Below, piece by piece: positions 1 through 10,076 of a stretch of DNA of 64,000 nt. The notes beneath the pieces were generated by a model. That model was not told where the DNA came from, searched no databases, and saw only the letters and a list, made by a program, of their open reading frames with translations. The translations under genes were made by a program, and so were the position numbers. The DNA comes from Macrostomum lignano (Eukaryota). Positions within the stretch are counted from its first letter, which is position 1, and the number at the start of each line of letters is the position of its first letter. The stretch covers positions 1 to 64,000 of the forward strand of contig NIVC01001832.1 of NCBI GenBank assembly GCA_002269645.1. Reading direction: 5' to 3'.

Positions 1-2
1 AA

Positions 3-456
3 CTGCCGAAGTTCGTTATGCTGGTCTTCGTGAACCACCGAGCCTTCAATGGCCATCACCATTCCAGCCCCTTCGAGTTCCAGAGCTTCAACCTCAGCCA
101 GCTAGCACTAAAGAAAGGTGGTGAAGCCATGTGCCACGCTGCATTTGCACCTTGAGAATAATTCATTCGTGAGAGAGTACTTGCACTACCTGAAAAGCTG
201 TCAGTCAGCCAGCCCTACCAACTCGGTTCCGTGGGTCCCCTACCAGTTGTTCTCCAACGGCAACACAGCTTTCGCATTCGATCTCACGCCTGAGGGAGCG
301 GCCCTGTGGTACGGACAGAAGGAGGGCAATTTGCGGCTGGAGATTCGCTTCCGACAGGCCCTGGAGGAGCCTGTATCTCTGATTGTTATGTGCCTGTATG
401 ACTCACTGATTGAGGTCACGAAGCACAGGGAGATTCTGCTAGATTTTCCATCCTAG
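3..456 (+). CDS. Polinton major capsid protein (hexon-like), C-terminal part, frameshift at ~152
   Basis: Frame 3 reads LPKFVMLVFVNHRAFNG..SPFEFQSFNLSQLAL and stops at TGA 153. Frame 1 continues ENNSFVREY..FAFDLTP..GNLRLEIRFRQAL..YDSLIEV..REILLDF. Both match the conserved C-terminal motifs of Polinton MCPs. Confidence 0.85.
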
Positions 457-479
457 GAGTACGCTGGCGCAACGCTAAT

Positions 480-940
480 ATGGATGCTTTTCAACTGCTT
501 AAACTGCTAAAAGCTTTTTGCCACAAAATAACTGTTTAATTATTGTCTTGAATTCAATAAATAAAACATCTTATGCTTTGAACTTTATTCAGCGAGCAAC
601 TCTCAAAAGAAATTTATCTCGATGTAAGTTTATTTTCTTTCTGCTTCAGTACAGCTCATCCTTCGGTCACTGGGTGGTTTGTTATACTGATAAGGAGAAT
701 TCCATAGAACTCTTTAACTCTCTGGGCTGGGACTCCAGCACTTTAGAGATCATTCACAGAGCACTGAAATCCTTTTGGTATTCTCCATTCTACTTACGTA
801 GCAATGTGAATCGAATTCAGAGCTGCAACTCTGCTAAATGCGGTTTGTTCTGTCTCTTGTTTGCCTATCAAAAGTTTCGTTTCAAGCGCTCGTTTGAGTG
901 GGTTCTGCGGCACCTCCATGCAAATCAGCAGAGCACTTGA
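480..940 (+). CDS. Adenain-like capsid maturation cysteine protease, frameshift at ~517
   Basis: Motifs GHWVV, LFNSLG and IQS..S..CGLFC. ATG at 480 (MDAFQLLKLLKAF) joins the 518 ORF if one T is added to the T5 run. Confidence 0.85.
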
Positions 941-1028
941 ATGAAAGAATTCTGCAAAGGTTTGAGAGTTGCTTAAGAAAAAGAAATTTAATTAGATTTT
1001 AAAAATCAAGAATTTAGCTCAACAGGCA

Positions 1029-1681
1029 ATGGAAACACGTGAGCGGATAAACTGTTATGATGTGCGCCTGCGACAGGGAAGCTGCATGATTGTCAGCGGG
1101 CCTACAAATGCAGGAAAGACAACCTTCGTGAAACATCTGATACAATACAAGGATGTCATGTTTGATGTGAAGCCTGGGAGAGTTCTGTGGTACTACGGGA
1201 TTTCACAAGCAGCACACTCTGAGCTCAGCAGTCTCGGCGTGCACCTGCAGCAGGGATTTCCCAGCAGTATCGAGACCGCACTGAGACCCAATGACCTGGT
1301 TGTATTTGATGACCTGATTGAAGAAACTTCCAATTCTGCTGCAATGCGAAATGTTTTCACTGGAATTGCCCATCATTTGCCCTGCTTTCTGGTTATGCTC
1401 ACCCAAAATGTATTTTTTAAAGGGAAGGAGTTGCGAACAATGAGTCTGAATGCGATGTACTTTGTGATCATGAAGAACCCCAGAGACCAGCTGCAGATTG
1501 CAGCGCTGGGCAGGCAGTGCTTTGCTGAGAAGCCCGGCTTTCTGCTGTCAGTGTTCAAGCACGTGACATCGCACGCAGGGGAGCCTACCTGCTCCTGGAT
1601 TTTCACCCTTCCACCCCTGATGAGCTGCGCGTCCGGGCTCGAATCCTGCCCAATCAGCGACCCCACCTTGTTTACACTTAA
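1029..1681 (+). CDS. A32/FtsK-family genome packaging ATPase, frameshift at ~1580
   Basis: Walker A GPTNAGKT, Walker B LVVFDDL, then HH..LVMLTQN and RTMSLNAMYF..KNPRD. The conserved C-terminus GAYLLLDFHPSTPDELRVRARILP is in frame 2 after the G4 run at 1578-1581, with stop at 1679-1681. Confidence 0.9.
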
Positions 1682-1733
1682 GAATAACAGCCGAGATTTC
1701 GCCATTTGTTCTATATTCTGCAACACAATGATA

Positions 1734-2043
1734 ATGGAAACCTTTGACTCACATGAAAGTTTGTTTATGTTCTCGCGTCACCGAAATATTCCATCAGCTT
1801 TAAACGTCTGTTGATCAGAGCGGGTCCAAAAGCCGTACGTGAATTTCTCATTGAGGCCTGCTACAACCTATTGCAAAACACTCTGTCGTTCTCACTCACT
1901 CAAAAGGCAGCGCTGGTGAAGCAAAAGCAAATAATCCGCAAAATTTCTACACATAGAAGAACTGCGATCTGCTAAATACGGGTTTTATCAAAATTCTCTA
2001 CATTCTAATAAAGCTAGTGAAGAAAAAGAAGCAAAATGAATAA
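1734..2043 (+). CDS. Small basic Polinton-type ORF of unknown function (two apparent frameshifts); missed by the ORF track
   Basis: METFDSHE / KFVYVLASPKYSISFKRLLIRAGPKAVREFLIEACYNLLQNTLSFSLTQKAALVKQKQIIRKIS / LLNTGFIKILYILIKL. Resembles the small basic ORF commonly found after the Polinton ATPase. Its stop overlaps the next ATG. Confidence 0.6.
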
Positions 2044-2725
2044 GTTCTCAGAAATGGTTCTGATCCCCAAGTCAGAGTACGACATGCTCACACAGAATTT
2101 GAAGCCAGTCGAGTCTGAACTCGACACTGCTGTGAGATATGCGCAGAGGAAATGCAATGATATTTTGCTTGCCGAGGATTGCCCAGACGATGTGAAAGCT
2201 GCCATGTACCATGATGCGATGAAGAGTTTGCTGGCCAAGCGCAAGCGGACTGGAAAGGATGGTGCGGTACCTGCGAGTGATGCAAAGATGCTGAAAACAG
2301 ATATTGCACCAGCAGCTGGGGGAAAAGATCACCCAATCCGTGCCGCAGAAGTTTAAAGCGAGAGCCCGCAGTCTATGGGCCATCCTATCTGGCAATCCTC
2401 TCTGATTCAGGTGTCCGAAAATGGCGAGGCGCAAATTTCTGGGAAGACAATACCCTCCTCAAACATCCTGGATTTGTTTCACAGTGCGGTGAGGGATTCG
2501 AAATGTGCCAACGAGCCGGTAGGCTGGAGTGAGTTTGTCTCATTGCTTCAAGACAAAAAGCTTAACATCCCAGCTTCGGCTATAGGAAAGTCAGTAAGGC
2601 AGCTAATTTCTAAACCGGCTGTTTCTCCAGAGGCCACCCCTGCACATCATACAGTTAAGGGATTCGGGAGTGGAGAGCCTGGCTACACTGAGCAGGAAAA
2701 AAAACTATTTAAGAAGGGGAACTGA
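2036..2725 (+). CDS. Conserved Polinton-type ORF of unknown function (two compensating frameshifts, ~2295 and ~2400)
   Basis: MVLIPKSEY..DDVKAAMY / SVPQKFKARARSLW / GKTIPSSNILDL..PVGWSEF..L..IPASAIG. The ORF-track pieces 2036-2356 and 2375-2725 are bridged by a frame-3 segment. Confidence 0.65.
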
Positions 2726-2765
2726 GTCGGCTTCCCGACATCTTGCGTCTTGAAACCATCCGATC

Positions 2766-3278
2766 ATGAACTATATTGACTTCCAAGGCTTCCCACGCGA
2801 GAGATCGAGCAGAGATTTCGTTGTGAAGGAGCTGGCCATTGCCCAAGTCCGGGCTGGCAGTTACCATATCACTCATCACGTGTACGCCTCTCCGTTCTCA
2901 TGGAGAGAATCTCACCTGAGATGCAAGTGCATTACAGAAAGCTCTCAAAGAATTTGCATCATTTCAAGTGGACAGATGGATCTCGACCGTACATGCATTT
3001 GGCAAATGACATTCTAAACATTGCTTACGGTCCCACCTGGACAAGCGGGGTGAAGAAGTCCATCTTTCTGACTGAGCTGCTTGGCAGACAGGTGTACAAC
3101 CTAGAGGATCTGGGATCACCTTTGATTCAAGCATCTGATACTGGTTGCGCAGTGAAAAATGTATTACTGTACTACAACTGGCTGAAACCGAAGTTCTGTA
3201 TCAACTTAAGAAGCGAGGTGTGCCCGCACCACTCAAAAGCTCGCAAAGACAGTACCACAGGCAGAAAGGACTCTCTAA
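2766..3278 (+). CDS. Putative DEDD-exonuclease-fold (RNase H-like) protein, frameshift at ~2902; 3' end uncertain
   Basis: YIDFQGF..FVVKELAIA..H..SPFSW / HHFKWTDG..SGVKKSIFL..VYNLEDLG..GCAVKNV. The DxQG..E..G..CAxxN pattern resembles DEDDh-type folds. Fold assignment is an inference. Confidence 0.5.
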
Positions 3279-3842
3279 ATGAGTACACCTGCGACAGCCC
3301 TGCGAGTGACCAATCTGGTCGGCGGCGTGGATCTGAGACTTGCTGGAGGCAGGGGTGCCCAATTGCCTCTGCGGGAACTGGCTCTCAGCATGGCTCATGT
3401 CATCTATCGTCCCGTCTGGCCCCGAGTGCTTATCAAGAGGATGCGGAATCCCAGAGTGACTCTATTGCTCTATCCGACTGGACAACTGAGTATCTGTGGC
3501 GCCCGGAGCTACTCGGCCTCAGTCAGGGCCGCTCGTCGCTTCGTGGCTATGCTGCATCGCAGAGTGCCTGCTCAACTGCTGCCTCATCAAGCTGTGCATG
3601 TGCGGATTAAAACTATTACTGCTCATGGGAAGATTGACTTGTGCAGAGCACTTCCCCTCGCTAATCTTGTAAACACTTTACCAAGTGCTCAATATGAGCC
3701 AGAATCATTTTCTGCTTTGATCTGCAAACTAAGCTTCTGCAAATGCCTGCTTTTTCACAATGGCTCATTTGTTCTCAGTGGTGCAAAAACAATGAGCATG
3801 CTAATTTCCGACTTTTCCTTGCTTGTCCGTTTTCTGTGCTAA
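3279..3842 (+). CDS. Divergent TATA-box-binding protein (TBP)-like factor encoded by the Polinton
   Basis: Intact 187-aa ORF with both TBP repeats: VTNLV..L.LRELAL...Y.P...V.IKRMRNPRVTLLLYPTGQLSICGARS..S..AARRF, and YEPESFSALI.K...LLFHNGSFVLSGAK. Followed by AATAAA at ~3868. Confidence 0.85.
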   Translation: MSTPATALRVTNLVGGVDLRLAGGRGAQLPLRELALSMAHVIYRPVWPRVLIKRMRNPRVTLLLYPTGQLSICGARSYSASVRAARRFVAMLHRRVPAQLLPHQAVHVRIKTITAHGKIDLCRALPLANLVNTLPSAQYEPESFSALICKLSFCKCLLFHNGSFVLSGAKTMSMLISDFSLLVRFLC

Positions 3843-4563
3843 TAATAACCATATGTTTCAACAATTAAATAAAAAGACGACAGCTGAACAAAAATATAAT
3901 AATTTGCATGCATATACCACGTATTAAGATGCGTGCATTTTAATCAATATACCTGAAAATCAGACTTCGATCGACTTTTTCTTTATTTTCAAAACTGAAA
4001 TCGCAATATTAGTTTGAGTATAGAAAATTTAATCAGACCACCACCAACTCAAGAAAAAAAAGCACACCCATCACTCAGATTATGCACTGCTAAGACAAAA
4101 ACGAACAAGAACTAGCAGAAATGAAAAAGGAAGCAAATATTTTTCAGATAATCATTGGATAATGGTTACAAAAAAATATGAGTAGCAAAGCTAGCAAAGA
4201 TAAAAAAGGACAGTAACTCAGTTCATTCAATTGTGCAAAAATTCAAGGATAATAAAAAAGGGGAAAGCCAGACCAATATGACGCAAATTATTCCAACATG
4301 GCTTTCACAAGTTCGTATTGAAATAAATCTGGAACAACTCAACTCGAAAATGTTACGCTCAGTTAGTTGCTTAGAGACTACAAATATGTAACTAACTGAA
4401 TTGGCTCTATTCGTTCCAGCATTGTCATTATCATCATCATCCATCATTATCATCATCATCCATCATCATCATTCAGATTAATTAAACCACAGAAACAATT
4501 CATGGAGTACATAAGTAAAAGTCAATAAATTTCAACGCCAAGGTTACACAGATGTGCAAAGCA

Positions 4564-7500
4564 TCACTCTAAGCAGTCCGCTGTCCTTTTCGGACTACCC
4601 CTGATTAACAGCTGAAAGTGGCCGAACGGAAGACTTGAGTTCGAGCCAGTCCACGCTCGCTTGTCCTCCCAGATACTGAGAGCGAGCTTACGTTGCTCAA
4701 TGGTGAAAACGCGATGTTTCTCACTTCCAATTCGACGAACAGTGAGCCACAGCTTTGAAGCCCCCTTGAAAATCTTGACATAGTCGTCGTGGGAGACTTC
4801 ATTCTTCAGCACGCTTCGCTGGATGCCTTTTGCTTTTGCTTTGCATGCCGCCGAGCTTTCAGCGAGGAAAGAATAGAGCTTGGGCCTTAGCAGCACCCAC
4901 TCAATCTGTTGCAGTCCACCAGCTTCATCTTTAATGCAGCCTAGCTTGGCCTTTAGCCGATTCGAGAAGAGAGGATGATTAGTGAAAAAATTGGAGGTGT
5001 CCAAGAGGCCTTCGGCATGCAGGATTGGCAGCACTTCTCTCTGCAAACTAAGGTTCTCTAAGCTCAAAAACAACGAGTCTGTATCGCCACCGCAAACTCG
5101 AACTCTTGCTCCATCACGGAATTCTAGCATGGGTTTTATTTTGTCATAGTAAAGTCGATACATGATGATCTTGGAGCGATCTAGAACACACTGCCCCATG
5201 AAGATTGGGCGATCAAGAGTTACTTCGTGCTTTTGAAGCTCAAAGATGCTGAGTGACGGTGTAATGATTGTGAATGATGCGACATTTGGTTGAGGAGAAA
5301 CAGTCTTGGCTTTTTTCTTGTCAGTACACACTCTGATGTCCCGCCGCTTGCGCACGTTCTCCATTGTTTTGCCAAACAGAAGAGTTATTTTTCAGTTTAT
5401 AGAAATCCTTCTCGAAATCATTTTTCGCCATAGAGCGCTTCTCGCTATTCATCTTAATGTAGTCCGCGAAGACAGGTTCTTGCCTGAATTCGATCATCCT
5501 GTGGAGCCCATGCAACTTCATTCCGTGCGATAGATAGAATCGGAGAGCAGACGAGTGCAGTACATAGGAAAACTTGTTGTGGCATGTGAGCATTAATTTT
5601 TGTACTCCACGGTAGCGCGCAACGGTAGGATTCTCAGTCGTGTTCGCGTCGGGCTGCTGCTGCTGATGATGATGAGAATGATCATTGTCATGTTGAAGCA
5701 GTACCCATAATTCTCGCATGTACTGCGGAAATTCTTCGAAATTCGGACACCTTTTCTCTGGGGCGAATGGAAGATCCTCCGTTGCCGTGTGGATTTCGGC
5801 TGGGTAGAGCAAATCCGCTTCGACAAGGTAGCCGATTGGAGCGTCATCATCCAGGGAAAGAAAGCGGCACTCGGACCAGGAGCACAGCTCCTCTTGACTG
5901 AGCCAGCGAAAGCCGCCAACAGGTAGGGGCATTGTGAGCGCATGACCATAAAGGTTATTAGCATCAACAGCCAGTAAACTCCTACCTGCTGGTTCATTAT
6001 CATCATCACTACTTTCGCTCTGGACATGATGTACATTGACAAAAGACATTCCACCCCGAATTCCTTTCTCAAACATTTTATACATCTCGAGGTCAGTTAG
6101 CAGTTCGATCTTGACTTGAGAAGACTTTAGTGCAGAAGCGAATGATAAGCCTGGAGTTGACACAAAATGCACCGGATCTAGCTTGTCTTCCTGCAAACTC
6201 AGCCTTCGAAACCCTTCAAAGATATCTGCTAGTTGCCTGATGTCCAGCTCCAAGTAGCAGAGAATGTAATCGCGCAATGTTGTAGATTCGAATTCAGTCC
6301 AGGCCTTCTGCGCATGCCGATACTCCGCCTCGGTACAGTGGCTGTTGGTGAGTCGGTTAAAAAAGCTTTCTACTTTTGGTAGTTGGCGATCATCAAGCAC
6401 ATTTAAATTCGAGAGATAATCATACGGGAAAACTCCCTTACTAAACAGTACATCGCTTGAGAGATTTGGATACTTTGATCGCATCGCATTAGTGATGGGA
6501 CAGTTGTCCTCCGGCAAGTTCTTAATAAGTTGAGAGAGACTGCTGTGTAGGAATTGCAGTGAGTCGATGAATTGTAGCGTGAAAAACAGGGGCTTTTTTA
6601 CGCCATCTTTCTCATACTCATCAATCTGGAACTCGACCCTCATGGAGAGGTACGACTCAGCAGTTTGGGGGATGACGCTCACCCTCCAACCAGTCATGTC
6701 ACCCAGCGCAGTTGAGAAAATCAAATGCAGGTCATATCCGCGAAGATTGTGGAAAACTATTGGCAAAAATCGCCGTTTCAGCCGAGCAAGCTTGTTACAC
6801 GAAGCGCAGGCAGCACCCTTGTATTCACCGCTGAGGTGGTCGTGATCCCAGTGCTTGTCAGAAGATGAAATGAACACTGCATTGCATAAATAGCACTGTG
6901 TGGCATCTTGAAAGCTGCGCCTGTTGTCATCACTGTTTCTGTCAGCAATCTGATGACTAAACTCGGTATTCCAACCATAAACTTCACGAGCAAGACGTTC
7001 GAGTGAGGCCAAAAACTGTTTCACGACAGAATTCGGATTGGGTCCGCTGCAGAGGAAAACATCCTCACTCGGCCTCAGAATTTTGCTGCTCATACCCTCT
7101 CTTGGAATAACAATGTAGCCAGCAGCTACAGGTACATGCTCAGTTAACTTGGTGACAGTAACTTCTCTTTCAGGCTTCACTGGTTCACGTGGGGTGTTCA
7201 GAGCTTCAAAATCTGCGTAGACAACAAATGGGGGACTGATTGTCTTTTCCCAAGCCATGAACTGCATTGTGTTGCTACTTGCATCAGGCATGCGCTCCAT
7301 GATGGCTGGTTTCAGTTGAGGATTGCAGCTGTCTCGATGCTGCTCCAACTCTTCCTGGAATCGAAACGGAGAAATGCACTTCTCACACCATTTGCGATTC
7401 CTCAGACCTTTTTTGCTGTTCAGGAGCCGGTCCAGGTTCGAAACTGCACACCAGTGTCCAGTCCCACAATTCTCATCACCACCATCATCATCATCAGCAT

Positions 7501-8323
7501 CATCGGAGCTGGAGTTGCGAAGCAAGAGTAGAGGAATAACCTTGCGAGAGGCACAAATCCCAGGAAGAGGCTGGCGAATGACATAGGCCTCATCATCTTC
7601 CCAGCTAAAAACTGTGAAACAGATTTCGGAATTCTTTTCCTCTATAACGTCTAAATCGGAAATTGCGACTGGTAGTGCGATGCCGCTCAGATCGATTTCA
7701 TCCAACCATCTGCTGTAAGTTGTTAGTCGATGGCAGGACTTCATCACACCTGGATCTCTGATGTGCAGGTAAGCGAGACAGGCAAACAGAAAGCAATTGT
7801 TTCCATCGCTCGGTGGGTTGATTATGGCCTTCTTAACGGCCAGCTGATTGGGCAAAGAAAAATTCGCGCATCGTCCACGATAGTAGCGAATGCGATCAGT
7901 GAGGGCAGAGCACAGATCAAAATAGTTGATTTGCTCAACTATCCAACCGCTCCCATTTGAATTGTAGGCATCAATCTTGCGTTCCAGCTCAGAAAACTGC
8001 TGCAACCACCACAATTCAAAATCTCTTAGATCAGAGAGAAGCTCAAGACCGCATGCGATCCACTTATCTTCTGCATTGATTACCGCAGCTTCCTTGATTC
8101 TCACCATTCTGATGTTGAACTTGAGCTGCGCTCGAATAGAATTATTCTCGGATGAATCGAATCTCATCTCAACAGCCTGTAGCACTGCAAACTTCGTTGA
8201 TGATAAAAAATGAAATGGCTCGAGATCTCTTGATGCTGGAGTGAAGCGTCTGACCTGCAGCGTGTCATCATGCGCACTAGCGTGAATAGCCGAGCTGAAT
8301 TGAATGCCTGCATGAATTAGCAT
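4564..8323 (-). CDS. Protein-primed family B DNA polymerase (pPolB), frameshift at ~5378
   Basis: Exo I YADFEA, Exo II HNLRGYD, KGVFPYDY, RGGMS, motif A DANNLYG, motif B KLKNNS/LFGKTMEN split across the two ORFs, motif C DTDSLF, then RPKLYS and KAKGI. Also an EndoVII-like insert DHDHLSGEYKGAACASCN and an N-terminal C2H2-like CEKC..H. Confidence 0.93.
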
Positions 8324-8391
8324 GTTGTTGGGTGTACGCGTTTCACTCGGCAGTTAAAATTTATAAATCATAATCCTAATTCCACCTCATT

Positions 8392-9370
8392 ATGGTGCGG
8401 GAATCGGTTAATCAGGAATCAGTGAATCAGGAATCAGTGAATCGGGAATCGGCGAATCAGGAATCGGTGAATCAGGAATCGGCGAATCGGGAATCGGTGA
8501 ATCGGGAATCGGCGAATCGGGAATCGGTGAATCGGGAATCGGCGAATCGGGAATCGGTGAATCGGGAATCGGCGAATCGGGAATCGGTGAATCGGGAATC
8601 GGCGAATCGGGAATCGGTGAATCGGGAATCGGCGAATCGGGAATCGGTGAATCGGGAATCGGCGAATCAGGAATCGGTGAATCGGTAATCAGTGAATCAG
8701 GAATCGGGAATCAGTGAATCGGGAATCGGTGAATCGGGAATCGGTGAATCGGGAATCGGTGAATCGGGAATCGGTGAATCGGGAATCGGCGAATCAGGAA
8801 TCGGTGAATCGGTAATCAGTGAATCAGGAATCGGGAATCGGTGAATCAGGAATCGGTGAATCAGGAATCGGCGAATCGGGAATCGGTGAATCGGGAATCG
8901 GCGAATCGGGAATCGGTGAATCGGGAATCGGCGAATCGGGAATCGGTGAATCGGGAATCGGCGAATCGGGAATCAGTGAATCGGGAATCGGCGAATCGGG
9001 AATCGGTGAATCGGGAATCGGCGAATCGGGAATCGGTGAATCGGGAATCGGCGAATCGGGAATCGGTGAATCGGGAATCGGCGAATCAGGAATCGGTGAA
9101 TCGGTAATCAGTGAATCAGGAATCGGGAATCAGTGAATCGGGAATCGGGAATCGGGAATCGGTGAATCGGCGAATCGGGAATCGGTGAATCGGGAATCGG
9201 TGAATCGGTGAATCGAGAATCAGTGAATCGGTGAATCGAGAATCAGTGAATCGGTGAATCGGCGAATCGGGAATCGGTGAATCGGCGATTCGGGAATCGG
9301 TGAATCGGGAATCAGTGAATCGGTGAATCGGTGAATCGGGAATCGGTGAATCGGCGAATCGGGAATCGGG
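8392..9370. repeat. 15-bp tandem array (GGAATCGGTGAATCG / GGAATCGGCGAATCG) inside the Polinton
   Basis: Directly visible. The two variants alternate, giving a 30-bp higher-order unit. Confidence 0.95.
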
Positions 9371-9391
9371 TTTCGTGACTACTTTTGCTTG

Positions 9392-9399
9392 TATTTATA
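9392..9399 (-). promoter_or_regulatory. Candidate TATA box (TATAAATA) facing the array and pPolB
   Basis: Plus-strand TATTTATA immediately upstream (on the - strand) of the 15-bp array. A second TATAAAT lies about 40 bp before the pPolB ATG. Confidence 0.3.
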
Positions 9400-10076
9400 G
9401 AGGGAAGAGTCTACTTTACTGGCTTTACTAATCACATTGGATTGACTCACTGGTTGGTTCGATTTCGATAGCAAAATTGGTAGACTCAAGCGGCCGATCA
9501 CTTGCTGATGATGATGATGAAGTGTCTCTCGAAGAAGCCATCTCGGTTCGGTTGATGACACGGCTTAGAGCATTTTCGATGAGAATTAGAGGAGGAAATT
9601 TGCTGAAATACATATTTGTGAAATTATTTTTTCTTGCAAAAGTAAATTCAAATCCCTAATTTGTGGATATACGCTCGTATTAAGTGTACATATTTTCGAA
9701 AGTTGTACTTCGGGTCTTGTCGTTACGTGCCAAATTTCGGGGTCTCATAAAGGGTTTAATAAAAGGGTCTTATGAAACGAATTCTAAAAATTCAAAATAA
9801 CTCAAAGCTGAAAACTTTTCCAAAATTCTGCGCTTCATTGCGCTTTAAAACTTATATTTTAAAAATGCAATGATACGCTACATTATTAGAAGCACAAGTT
9901 AAAGAAGGAGATTACAAACCCAACCAGAATCAAACCCAATCTGCATTCACACCCAAGCACAGCTTGCAATTGATCAACGCGCACTGCCTGACGGATAATC
10001 ATGCATCTCGCAATTTAATTCAACACAAAATGTTGCTAAATTAATATTTAACGACTGGTACATTAGAATTATTAGT

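Noticed and set aside
624-649. GTAAGT..TTCAG intron-like motif inside the protease gene
   Set aside because: Only about 26 nt, too short for a spliceosomal intron, and the frame is open through it.
1582-1814. C-terminal extension of the 261-aa ATPase ORF
   Set aside because: It is out of frame after the G-run shift; the conserved ATPase C-terminus is in frame 2 and ends at 1681.
3279-3610. Apparent overlapping gene (tail of the 2900-3610 ORF over the TBP-like ORF)
   Set aside because: The tail lacks conserved features and is most simply read-through after a lost stop. The TBP frame carries the signal.
9377-9383. GACTACT resembling a Polinton terminus
   Set aside because: It is shorter than the 12078-12085 motif, has no TIR-like context, and element-type genes continue beyond it.
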